Shown in pieces: positions 52,030 to 60,776 of a DNA stretch of 64,000 nt. Source of the DNA: Deltaproteobacteria bacterium (GTDB taxonomy: Bacteria > Acidobacteriota > Thermoanaerobaculia > Multivoradales > JAHZIX01). Numbering within the stretch: position 1 is the stretch's first letter; every line of letters starts with the position of its first letter. Made by a program: the position numbers and the translations under genes. The stretch spans positions 16,629 through 80,628 of the forward strand of contig JAHZIX010000006.1 in the NCBI GenBank assembly GCA_022601195.1, written 5' to 3'. The notes below the pieces were generated by a model. It was not told the DNA's origin. It did not search any database and saw only the letters and a program-made list of their open reading frames with translations.

Positions 52030-53490
52030 GTGCTGTTCAACACTCCAGAGTTCCTCCTTTTCTTTCCCATAGTTGCCGGTCTCTTTTTTCTGCTGCGCCA
52101 GCGGTTCCGCTGGGCATGGCTGCTCGCGGCGAGCTATTTCTTCTACGCCTGCTGGCGGCCCAGCTATCTCATTCTTATCTTGGTCTCGACCTTGGTCGAT
52201 TACTTCTGTGGCCTGGGTATGGAGGCGACCTCCAGCCGCACTCGTCAACGGCTTCTGGTCGGCATCAGCATTGTTGTCAACTTGGGTTTTCTGGCAGCTT
52301 TTAAGTACCTGGACTTCTTTTTCTCTATCTACTGGGACACGGCGGAGCTATTCGGTTGGTCCCCCACTCGTAGCGTTATCGAGTTGGTGCTCCCGGTGGG
52401 GATTTCTTTCTACACCTTTCAGACGATGAGCTATTCCCTCGACGTCTTTGGAGGGCGTCGTAAGGCGGAGCGGCACCTGGGTTATTTCGCTCTCTATGTG
52501 GCCTTTTTCCCTCAATTGGTGGCAGGTCCAATCGAAAGATCCACCCGGTTGCTGCCTCAATTACGAGCAGAGCATCGCCTCGTAGCTCGTCGGGTATGGA
52601 GTGGGCTTCAGCTGATACTCGGTGGGCTGTTCAAGAAGGTGGTCATCGCTGACACTCTGGCGAAGGTCGTCGATCCGGTCTTCGCCTCTCCACAGGGTCA
52701 GATGGGGCCGGCAATCGCGCTAGCTACGATCTTTTTCTCGCTGCAAATCTACTGCGATTTCTCCGGCTATTCGGACATCGCCATTGGAGTCGCGCGGGTG
52801 ATGGGCTTCGATCTCATGAAGAATTTCGAACGACCCTACCTGGCGATTTCCATCGCTGATTTCTGGCGGCGATGGCATATTTCCCTGTCGACTTGGTTTC
52901 GGGACTATCTGTACTTTCCCCTCGGGGGGAGTCGTGTGCGTCCCTTCCGCCAGGGTCTGAATCTGGTGGTTGTCTTTGCCGTGAGCGGCTTGTGGCATGG
53001 CGCCAATTGGACCTTCATTATCTGGGGCTTGCTCCATGGGAGCTACATGGTGGTGAGCCTGCTCACAAAGTCCCTGCGGTTGAAAGTTCTGGAGGGTATG
53101 GGGATTTCCCCCGAATCCAGCCTCCTGCTCTGGTTTCGCCGAGCTACGGTTTTCTCTTTGGTTTGTCTGGCCTGGATTTTCTTTCGTGCCCGTAGCCTGG
53201 CGGATGCCGTTTACCTGATCCGGCATATTCCTTTCGGTTGGCCTCAGCTGGGGCAGGTAGCAGGTCTGCAGGCAGCTTTTCAGGCACCGTTGGCGGAACC
53301 GGTGGTTCTTGGTGCCTTGTTGTGCCTCGGGCTCCTGGCAGCCCATCTCTTGGGTGGCCAAGAAGAGATTTGGGAGAGACTCTCCCGACAACCGAGGTTC
53401 TATCGCTGGTCGGTCTACTATGGCCTTATCGCCGCCGTGGCTATTTGGGGCAATGCAGGAGGAAAGGAGTTCATCTATTTCCAGTTCTGA
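52030..53490 (+). CDS. MBOAT-family membrane O-acyltransferase (AlgI/DltB-like)
   Basis: MLFNTPEFLLFFPIV... N-terminus with a GTG start. Conserved His region ...FWRRWHISLSTWFRDYLYFPLGGSR. Confidence 0.9.
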   Translation: MLFNTPEFLLFFPIVAGLFFLLRQRFRWAWLLAASYFFYACWRPSYLILILVSTLVDYFCGLGMEATSSRTRQRLLVGISIVVNLGFLAAFKYLDFFFSIYWDTAELFGWSPTRSVIELVLPVGISFYTFQTMSYSLDVFGGRRKAERHLGYFALYVAFFPQLVAGPIERSTRLLPQLRAEHRLVARRVWSGLQLILGGLFKKVVIADTLAKVVDPVFASPQGQMGPAIALATIFFSLQIYCDFSGYSDIAIGVARVMGFDLMKNFERPYLAISIADFWRRWHISLSTWFRDYLYFPLGGSRVRPFRQGLNLVVVFAVSGLWHGANWTFIIWGLLHGSYMVVSLLTKSLRLKVLEGMGISPESSLLLWFRRATVFSLVCLAWIFFRARSLADAVYLIRHIPFGWPQLGQVAGLQAAFQAPLAEPVVLGALLCLGLLAAHLLGGQEEIWERLSRQPRFYRWSVYYGLIAAVAIWGNAGGKEFIYFQF

Positions 53491-54646
53491 GGAGTCGCAG
53501 GAGCCGCAGGAGTTTGGTCGCCTGGTTCTTCGAGGTTTCTTCTTTGTTCTACCCCTGGTTTTTATCCTAGGAGTCGATCTCGTTCTACCTTTGGGTTCCT
53601 CGACCTTTCGTCCCTGGGAGAGCCTGTCTGTTTATCGGGCGAGAGATTTCTTACCAGGCCCCTTTTATCCCAATCAAGAGCTGACAATGACGGCCGAGGG
53701 GGATCTGGGGCGCCAGGGAAGTTACGCGGTGGGGAAGAAGGTTCGATGGCAAACCGATTCCTATGGATACCGCTCTTCTCCAGCTGATGACGAGGTCTAC
53801 GAGATTGTCTTGGTGGGCGATTCCTTCGCCGTGGGTTCTTCCCTAGATCACGAAGACACTCTTGCCGGCCAACTTGGGAACCTTCTCAAAAGGGATGTCT
53901 ATGCCTTCGCTCCGGAAGCTAGGTTTTCTGTTCCCTTGCGAAGTGCCAGGTTCCAGAACCCACGAACCTCTTGTTTCGTTTTGGTGTTGAGTGAGCGTAG
54001 CCTGGAAGGTCTACCATTGGCAGAAGGAACTCTGGAATCGCTCGCCTCGTCACCGGCGACTTCCTTCAGTGGCCTGGTGATCCTGATCGATCGCTTGGCG
54101 AAGGCTTCTCTATTGCGGGCAGGCCGAAACAATATTCGCCGCTGGTTCAGTCGGATTGCCGAGATGGCGGTTGGGGTGGAGCCGTCTATTCCCATGCATC
54201 CCTCCGCCATCGTCGGTGCCAACGGAGTACTCTTTCGGGACCCGCGATTGGAGGACGATCAGGCCTATGGCAAGCCAGAGGCGGCGGATCGGCTCATTGA
54301 AGTCTTACACAGCTATCGAACAGCGGCAGAAGCATTGGGGAAGCATTTTGTCTTTATGCCCATTCCGGAGAAGGAAACCGTCTATTGGCAGCGAACGGGT
54401 GGGCTTCGAGATCCAGAGATCTATCTTTCGTTCGTCAAGAGAACCGAGATGTCTGGAATAGCCACTGTGGACCTGCTCACGCCGTATCTCGAATTTGAAG
54501 CGAGGGATGATCGAATCGACCTCTATCACGCCGACGATTCTCATTGGACCGCCCTGGGAGTCTCGGTTGCAGCGGAGCTGCTCGGTCCTGCTTGCACCAC
54601 CCAAGCCCGAAGTTCTCACGAACCTTCTGCTGCGAAACTCAATTAG
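53453..54646 (+). CDS. AlgJ/AlgX-like SGNH-fold polysaccharide O-acetyltransferase partner
   Basis: TM anchor. IVLVGDSFAV (GDS) and HADDSHWTALG (DxHW, as in AlgJ). The start MQEERS overlaps the MBOAT 3' end by ~38 nt; the ORF track begins at 53309. Confidence 0.65.
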   Translation: MQEERSSSISSSEESQEPQEFGRLVLRGFFFVLPLVFILGVDLVLPLGSSTFRPWESLSVYRARDFLPGPFYPNQELTMTAEGDLGRQGSYAVGKKVRWQTDSYGYRSSPADDEVYEIVLVGDSFAVGSSLDHEDTLAGQLGNLLKRDVYAFAPEARFSVPLRSARFQNPRTSCFVLVLSERSLEGLPLAEGTLESLASSPATSFSGLVILIDRLAKASLLRAGRNNIRRWFSRIAEMAVGVEPSIPMHPSAIVGANGVLFRDPRLEDDQAYGKPEAADRLIEVLHSYRTAAEALGKHFVFMPIPEKETVYWQRTGGLRDPEIYLSFVKRTEMSGIATVDLLTPYLEFEARDDRIDLYHADDSHWTALGVSVAAELLGPACTTQARSSHEPSAAKLN

Positions 54647-55027
54647 ACTCAACTTCCTGCGTCAGGCGGCACTTTGATTCGCCGAGAGAGTGTCGCACTG
54701 CCTCCAGCCACAAAGTCCTGCTTGCCTCCTGGGTTTCCTTGAGTAGATGGCGCCTCGCTACGAATTCGGTGAGAGGTCTGGTCTGTCGGGTCGGGTGTTC
54801 CACTGGCGGAAACCCCGCTTCAAGTGCGTCTTTCCTGGAAACCTCCTCAACTTTCCTTCGTAACAAAGCCTGTTGATTTGATTTTGGATCAGGGGGACGC
54901 CCTTGATTCCTTTCGTATGGTCGATAGCATGGCTCCGGATCTGCTGTCACCCTTTCGGAGTGAGGTGTTTGTGCGATGTTTTGGAATGCTTTATTTGCCG
55001 ACCTCCCAACGATAGGAGTCAACTATT

Positions 55028-56899
55028 GTGAATGTCTCGAGGTTTCCTCTTCTTTCCTCTGTGGTTTCAGTTCTCGGTTTGAGCCTGGTCACGTCTTTCG
55101 CTGCCGCAGGACCTTCAAACAACGGTGAACCTTCCCTCACTCTTGATATAGCCAACCTAACCCCTCAACTGGGCACTTTCACTCGAGTCGCGGGAGCTGG
55201 AGGCCCGACGACCTTTGGAAATTTGGGTACTCCTGTCGCTGGTGGTTTTGACGTTGACGGCGATGGTTTCGTCGATTTTGCAGTAGGACATATGACCACC
55301 ACGAACGGAGCGGACCGGTTGTTTGCCGGTGAAGTGCAGTTGGTCTTTGGCAACGGCACGATCGGTGAGACGGTAGATCTGGCGATCCCTCAGCCGCGGG
55401 TGCTCCGGATTCTCGGTGATGGCCTCTTCGAGGCTACCGGCAGCGAAGTTTGGATGGGCGATGTCACCGGAGATGGTTTGGGCGACATCTTGGTTTGTCG
55501 ACAGGCCTTCAGTCCGGGTGGTCGCCTCGATGCGGGAGGCCTAACCCTCATTGCCGGCAGTGCGGAGCTTCGTAACCTAGCGGCTTCCACTGGAGTTCTA
55601 GACCTTCGCAACCCACCGGCCAATCTCGACATCCTGACGTTTGTCGGCCCAGAGCCGGGGGCCCGCTTGGGAATCTGGGCTCGAACCGGGGATGTGGACG
55701 GCGATGGCATCGATGAGCTGGTGATGGCGGCGGATGGGGAGAGCCTGCCTGGGGAGGCTCTTCGCGGAGCGGTGTATGTGGTTCGTGGAGGGGCTCACCT
55801 GGCCCAGTCGGGAACCGTTGACCTAGTGGACTTCGGCACAACGGCTCTGGCTGGCCAGATCGCCAAGGTTACCCCTCCTACCGGCAGCAATGATTTTCAC
55901 TTGGGGGCCACTTTGCAGACGGGAGACCTGGATGGGAACGGCCAGGTGGAGTTGCTCCTTGGGGCGACCATCAACCGGGCCGGGGCTATTCTCAGTGCTT
56001 CCGGGATGTTCGACGGTCCTGCTGCTGGAGGTGCTCCTGGGGGGCTGATGTACATCGTTTGGGACGATTCCTTTCCCGCCAGCCCTTGGCCAGCAGGCTT
56101 TCATCTCGATCTGACCTCGCCACCAGCCTCTTTGACCACCATTAGTGGTGGAGTCCAGAACGTCAGTTTCGGTGAGGAGCTCTTGGGCGGCAAGGATTAC
56201 GATGGTGACGGCCGAGCAGACCTGTTCATCGGAGACCTGGCAGGGGATGGCTCTGCGGCTCAGGATCGGCGACAGAGCGGCATCGGATACCTCTTTTATC
56301 GCGCTTCTAGACTTCGAGGGCGAACTCTCAACATCGATAACATTCCGTCGAGGCACAAGGTGACGAAGTTTCTTGGTCCCGTCGCTGGAGCCATCGGTGC
56401 AGATACGGTTACGGACGGTGATTTCGACGGTGATGGCATCGATGACTTGGTTTTCGGCAACCCCCACGATACCCCTAATGGTCGCGCTAATGCAGGTACC
56501 TTTCACGTCTTCTTTGGCCGCCACGGTCGGTGGCCGAAAGAGATCGACACGGCGGACGGACAGCTGCCCAAGCCATCCAAGGTGCGGATTACCGAGGTGC
56601 AGGGCGCTTTGGCGGAGATTCCCAACCCCGGTGGGGGCTTTCCGCCGGCAGATGCGGGCGACACGCTTTGCTACAGCGCAGCTGCCGGTGATGTAGACGG
56701 CGATGGCCGAATCGACGTGATTACCAACGAGATGATCGGTAACGGTGTCGCCCCGGATGCCGTAGACGTAGGGAATCTGGTGATTTTCAGTGGCGAGTTT
56801 CTGACGCCGCCGACCGGTGACGACGATGACGACAGCGATTCCGATAGCGACAGTGATTCAGATAGTGACAGCGATTCCGATAGTGACTCGGACGACTGA
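55028..56899 (+). CDS. Secreted FG-GAP/VCBS-like repeat protein with C-terminal (Asp-Ser)11 tail
   Basis: GTG start, signal peptide. Repeated DGDGxxD calcium-binding-like loops (DVDGDGFVDFAVG, DVDGDGIDELV, DLDGNGQVELLLG, DYDGDGRADLFIG, DFDGDGIDDLVFG, DVDGDGRIDVI). Ends DDDDDSDSDSDSDSDSDSDSDSDSDD*. Confidence 0.7.
   Translation: MNVSRFPLLSSVVSVLGLSLVTSFAAAGPSNNGEPSLTLDIANLTPQLGTFTRVAGAGGPTTFGNLGTPVAGGFDVDGDGFVDFAVGHMTTTNGADRLFAGEVQLVFGNGTIGETVDLAIPQPRVLRILGDGLFEATGSEVWMGDVTGDGLGDILVCRQAFSPGGRLDAGGLTLIAGSAELRNLAASTGVLDLRNPPANLDILTFVGPEPGARLGIWARTGDVDGDGIDELVMAADGESLPGEALRGAVYVVRGGAHLAQSGTVDLVDFGTTALAGQIAKVTPPTGSNDFHLGATLQTGDLDGNGQVELLLGATINRAGAILSASGMFDGPAAGGAPGGLMYIVWDDSFPASPWPAGFHLDLTSPPASLTTISGGVQNVSFGEELLGGKDYDGDGRADLFIGDLAGDGSAAQDRRQSGIGYLFYRASRLRGRTLNIDNIPSRHKVTKFLGPVAGAIGADTVTDGDFDGDGIDDLVFGNPHDTPNGRANAGTFHVFFGRHGRWPKEIDTADGQLPKPSKVRITEVQGALAEIPNPGGGFPPADAGDTLCYSAAAGDVDGDGRIDVITNEMIGNGVAPDAVDVGNLVIFSGEFLTPPTGDDDDDSDSDSDSDSDSDSDSDSDSDD
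56830..56896 (+). repeat. (GAY-AGY)n codon repeat encoding (Asp-Ser)11
   Basis: gacagcgattccgatagcgacagtgattcagatagtgacagcgattccgatagtgactcggac is read directly. Confidence 0.85.
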
Positions 56900-56911
56900 A
56901 TAAGGGGCTTT

Positions 56912-56935
56912 CAGCGAGCCTCCCGGGGCTCGCTG
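56912..56935. terminator. Perfect 9-bp GC-rich hairpin between convergent genes (candidate bidirectional terminator)
   Basis: cagcgagcc-tcccgg-ggctcgctg lies 13 nt after the FG-GAP stop and 24 nt after the BON gene stop. There is no strong U-tract. Confidence 0.45.
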
Positions 56936-56958
56936 GAAGCTCTTCGCGCCCCCCCTCC

Positions 56959-57606
56959 TCAATTCAACTCGAGAAGATCGATCACCTTGCGGACCCCTTC
57001 GGCGTCCTGAGCGGTCTTCAGGGCTCGCTGTTTCCTTTCCTGGTCGGGCATCGGGCCTCGAAGGCTCACAATGCCGTCGCTGCTTTCCACTTCGATGTCG
57101 AGGCCGTATCGGCCCAGCTCACCCAATAAAGCCAGCCCAACGCGATTCTCCGTGGCAGCGTCCCGAAGCTCCGCTCCGGAATGCTCCATGGTCTTCCCGA
57201 CCAGGCCACGATCATCTTCTCCGGACTTGTCTAATGCAATGCGGTTCTTGACGCGGCGGATTCCCGGGACCGATAGGGCTATCTCCCGCGCGAGCTCCTG
57301 GGAGGACCGTTCCTGCACTTGTCCCCACAGCGTCGCGGTGGTGGAGCTGACTTGGGGTTGGATACCCAACGCGTCTTTGCCGAGCTTGTCGAGAAGCGCC
57401 CCTCGCACCTGGGCCGCGAGCTCGGCGTCCGCGACCTGATGAGCTTCGGACCGTTCCGTCTCTTGGTCCATGCCCAGTCGAGCTGCGCAGGCTCCTAAGC
57501 CAAGCAACAGGCCTAAACTCAGGGAGAGGATCAGCTGGGTCCGGAACGGGAAAGATGAAGTTTTCCCGGTTACATGAGGGAAATGGGGGGAGGGATTGGT
57601 TTTCAT
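56959..57606 (-). CDS. BON-domain (OsmY-like) probable lipoprotein
   Basis: Possible lipobox LLGLGAC. Two BON-like segments (...LWGQVQERSSQELAREIALSVPGIRRVKNRIAL... and ...VSLRGPMPDQERKQRALKTAQDAEGVRKVIDLLEL). The ORF track starts at 57621. Confidence 0.6.
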   Translation of the reverse strand: MKTNPSPHFPHVTGKTSSFPFRTQLILSLSLGLLLGLGACAARLGMDQETERSEAHQVADAELAAQVRGALLDKLGKDALGIQPQVSSTTATLWGQVQERSSQELAREIALSVPGIRRVKNRIALDKSGEDDRGLVGKTMEHSGAELRDAATENRVGLALLGELGRYGLDIEVESSDGIVSLRGPMPDQERKQRALKTAQDAEGVRKVIDLLELN

Positions 57607-57821
57607 CGAGTAGATCCTCATTTAGAGATTGGGTCCCGTGCTGTCCTTGGGGCAGATAATACCAAGGCCCGTTGGGGTATTTCCTGATGATCCCGGACTG
57701 CGAATAGAATGCCCTTTAGGTGCGCGCTGAAAAGGGGGCGATGCGCTTCTTCAGCAAGCTCTCAGGACTCAGGATCTTTGGAGATGGCTAGGATATTTCG
57801 AGAAGGAAGGGAGATGCAGCC

Positions 57822-58637
57822 ATGGCGGAAAGGGACTACCGACGCTTGCCTGGAGAGCGTTACGATTTATCGGCGATCGATCCGTCCGACACGGGCGACT
57901 ACGAAGGGAAGAAAAAGGGGGAGAAGGAGCTGGAGAAACGCCGGGAGGTGCTCCTCGAGTTGCAGCGAAAGCTACACGTAGATGGTCGGAATTCCCTGTT
58001 GGTAGTACTCCAGGCGATGGATTGCGCAGGTAAAGATGGGACCATCCGTCATGTGCTCGGAGCCTTCGAGCCCCAAGGAACCCAGGTCGCCTCTTTCAAA
58101 GTTCCGAGTGAAGAGGAGAGAGCTCACGACTTCCTGTGGAGAATTCACAAAGCGGTGCCTCGGCTGGGAATGGTAGGTATCTTCAATCGCTCTCACTACG
58201 AAGAGGTACTGGTGGTTCGGGTCAAAGAATTGAAGCCCGAAGCGGTCTGGCGAACCCATTTCGAACACATCAACAACTTCGAACGGTTGCTTGCCGAAAG
58301 TGGTGTGACCATCGTCAAGATCTTCCTCCACATCAGCCCAGAAGAGCAGGCCGAGCGTTTGAGAGACCGGCAACAGCGACCGGAAAAGCAGTGGAAGTTC
58401 AGCCCAGGAGATCTCGAAGATCGCGTTCGATGGAAGTCCTATATGGCCGCCTATGAAGAAGCTTTGACCTTATGTAACACAGACCACGCTCCTTGGTATG
58501 TGGTTCCGGCGGACAAGAAATGGCATCGAAACCTGGTGGTCTCCGAGATCTTGATCGAGACGTTGAAGAATATGGATCTGCAGTACCCGGATCCTGTAGC
58601 AGATATCGACTCCTATGTAATTCCAGATATCGAATAA
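57822..58637 (+). CDS. ppk2: Polyphosphate kinase 2 family (polyphosphate:nucleotide phosphotransferase)
   Basis: LLVVLQAMDCAGKDGTIRHV is Walker A-like. ...GIFNRSHYEEVLVVRV and the lid region ...WKFSPGDLEDR follow. 271 aa single-domain PPK2. Confidence 0.9.
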   Translation: MAERDYRRLPGERYDLSAIDPSDTGDYEGKKKGEKELEKRREVLLELQRKLHVDGRNSLLVVLQAMDCAGKDGTIRHVLGAFEPQGTQVASFKVPSEEERAHDFLWRIHKAVPRLGMVGIFNRSHYEEVLVVRVKELKPEAVWRTHFEHINNFERLLAESGVTIVKIFLHISPEEQAERLRDRQQRPEKQWKFSPGDLEDRVRWKSYMAAYEEALTLCNTDHAPWYVVPADKKWHRNLVVSEILIETLKNMDLQYPDPVADIDSYVIPDIE

Positions 58638-59185
58638 GCTGCTCAGTGGCTCGGGGTGCCTTTGGCTCCTGGAGGTCTCGCTGCAGGAGTGAGAAGGAAA
58701 ACTCATACGAGAAAATTCTCTCCTTGATACGGAGTCGGGAGGCATTGAAAGAGGGAAAGTAGGTACCTCGATGCCTCGGTTTTGCCGAAGACTCTTGAGC
58801 ACGAGAAAGCGTTGGGGCTGGAAATAGCCTGGATTTCGTGTATTCTTGGCGCACATTGAATCCTGGTTGTGGCTGCGAGGTGCGATGAGCCGGCACTCAT
58901 AAACAGTCTTAGGTGAAGATCTCTTGTCAGCGGTAGTGAGGAATTTGGCGTTGGTTCGAGGCAAAAACCGGGGATCAACTCCAAGGTTGTTCGAAGGTTT
59001 TTCACCCGGAGGCGGCGTCAGAGGCCCGCTCGCAACCAGAGGACTCTTCGGAGCTCTGGAGAAGACATCCCAGGCTGTACTATCGCTATCTATAGTGTGG
59101 TTACACGACCGCAGTTTTTGAGTTTTCTTTCGTTTCTATGGGGATATAGGTTTGTGACCTGGAAGTACTGATTCTTCTGGTCTAG

Positions 59186-60478
59186 GTGAGTGCGATGAGT
59201 GAAGACAAGAGGTTTTGGAATATTCGGCCGGAATCAAGGCGTATTGCCCACCCACAAAAGGTTTATCTTAAGTTTCCAAACTCAGATGAGTTTATCGAGG
59301 AATACCTGGTCGATCTTTCGATGACCGGAATGTTCGTTCGGTGCATGAATCCACAAGAGTCAGGAACCACCTTCTCTTTCAAGATGCGGCTATCTGCAGG
59401 GGCCTCTACGGTACAAGGAACCGCGGAGGTGGTATGGGTTCGACAGGACCAGCATCGCCTCTCCCATCCGAAGGGAATGGGGGTTCGATTCGTTCACCTA
59501 GAACCGGATAGCCGTCGACAGATTCAGGAAACTGTAGAGAGGTATGCTCAGGATCCTGGAGAACCCCAGGAGATGAGTCATCTGCGCTCGGTGGTCGAAG
59601 AGACCCTGGGAGAGGTTCTTGCTCCTTCCGACGAAAGTGTTGAGGCCGAGGAAATTTTCGCTCCAGGTCCCCAAGAAGCGGCCACGATTAGCCTAGAGAT
59701 ATCACCACCCGAAACGAGTTCGGCCACCGACGAAAGGGTTGGGATGGTCGTTGAGGGCAAGGGGTCTCGCAATCGCTGGATTTCTGTAGCTGCAATCTTA
59801 CTGCTTTGTGCTGGTTTGGGTGTGTTCTTCTGGGGGCAGGGTCGAAGAGCTCCCAAACCGGTGGCGACGGTAGCCGAGGGTGGACCTGAGCCCTCAACGA
59901 TCTCACTACCTCAGGCCAGCACTTCCCCACCGCCGGGATCTGCGGCGACTGTTAGTCCTTCCTCGAACCCGGTACCCCCCGTGGAAGGAAGTGAAGTGGC
60001 TGGCGATTCCTCTTTGGCCGTTGAGAGCCCGGTGCAGGTGTCGTTAACAGAAGAGTCTGCCGTGCCAGAGAGCGCTGCAATGGAGGAGTCTCCAAAGGTT
60101 GCTGAGGAGACAGCTCCGCCCCCTGTTGTCGAGAATCCAGAGCGTTTGCTGTTGAGCATCGTAGAAGGATGGGCGGATGCTTGGTCGAGTCAGGACGTAG
60201 ACTCCTATCTGTCGTTCTACTCGGATCGATTTCGGCCTTCTCGAGGTCTTAGCCTGGTCGATTGGCGCAAACAGAGAAGAACGCGATTGAGACGACCTAG
60301 TTTCGTTTCAGTAACCGTATCGAGCCCTACAGTCTCCGCCCAATCGAACGGAAATATGGAAGTTCGTTTTGTTCAAACCTATCGATCGAATACCTTGGAC
60401 GATACGGTTTGGAAGATTCTGGAGTTTGCCCAGGAAGGAGAATCTTGGAAGATTCTTCGAGAGCGGGTTGACTCCTGA
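59186..60478 (+). CDS. PilZ domain - TM helix - Pro/Ser-rich linker - NTF2-like (SnoaL/DUF4440-like) domain protein
   Basis: The N-terminus has RPESRR (RxxxR) and DLSMTGMFV (DxSxxG), the canonical c-di-GMP-binding PilZ motifs. The TM helix is WISVAAILLLCAGLGVFFW. The C-terminus (EGWADAWSSQDVDSYLSFYSDRF...WKILRE) has an NTF2-like pattern. The start is GTG at 59186 or ATG at 59195. Confidence 0.6.
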   Translation: MSAMSEDKRFWNIRPESRRIAHPQKVYLKFPNSDEFIEEYLVDLSMTGMFVRCMNPQESGTTFSFKMRLSAGASTVQGTAEVVWVRQDQHRLSHPKGMGVRFVHLEPDSRRQIQETVERYAQDPGEPQEMSHLRSVVEETLGEVLAPSDESVEAEEIFAPGPQEAATISLEISPPETSSATDERVGMVVEGKGSRNRWISVAAILLLCAGLGVFFWGQGRRAPKPVATVAEGGPEPSTISLPQASTSPPPGSAATVSPSSNPVPPVEGSEVAGDSSLAVESPVQVSLTEESAVPESAAMEESPKVAEETAPPPVVENPERLLLSIVEGWADAWSSQDVDSYLSFYSDRFRPSRGLSLVDWRKQRRTRLRRPSFVSVTVSSPTVSAQSNGNMEVRFVQTYRSNTLDDTVWKILEFAQEGESWKILRERVDS

Positions 60479-60776
60479 TTCAGGGTCTTGCTTCGCGAGC
60501 TGGTCGCCATGAGTCGCGTCGTATTTCTACCTAGCCAATAGCTCAAATTTTCATACCTATAGTTCGATCTGTTTAGATCTTCTGGTCACGCGTTGGAACT
60601 TGTCTCCCCGACATTCTGGAGGCCTCGCGATGCCTCCTCCTGTAAACTTGCAAAGTTCCAGTTCAATAGGTCAATTTTTCGATAAGTTCGCCTGGTTGGA
60701 TACACCAAGAAAACCCTCCGGTATACTATTTGTTCGTCTATTTTATGGTTTGTGTTTAGTGGGCTGATCAACGTCG

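Noticed and set aside
58900-59060. Possible tRNA-like or c-di-GMP-I riboswitch-like element upstream of the PilZ gene (GGTTCGAGG, GGCAAAAACC segments)
   Set aside because: I could not assemble a cloverleaf or the conserved GEMM-I P1/P2 tetraloop-receptor consensus. Only a generic UUCG hairpin is supported.
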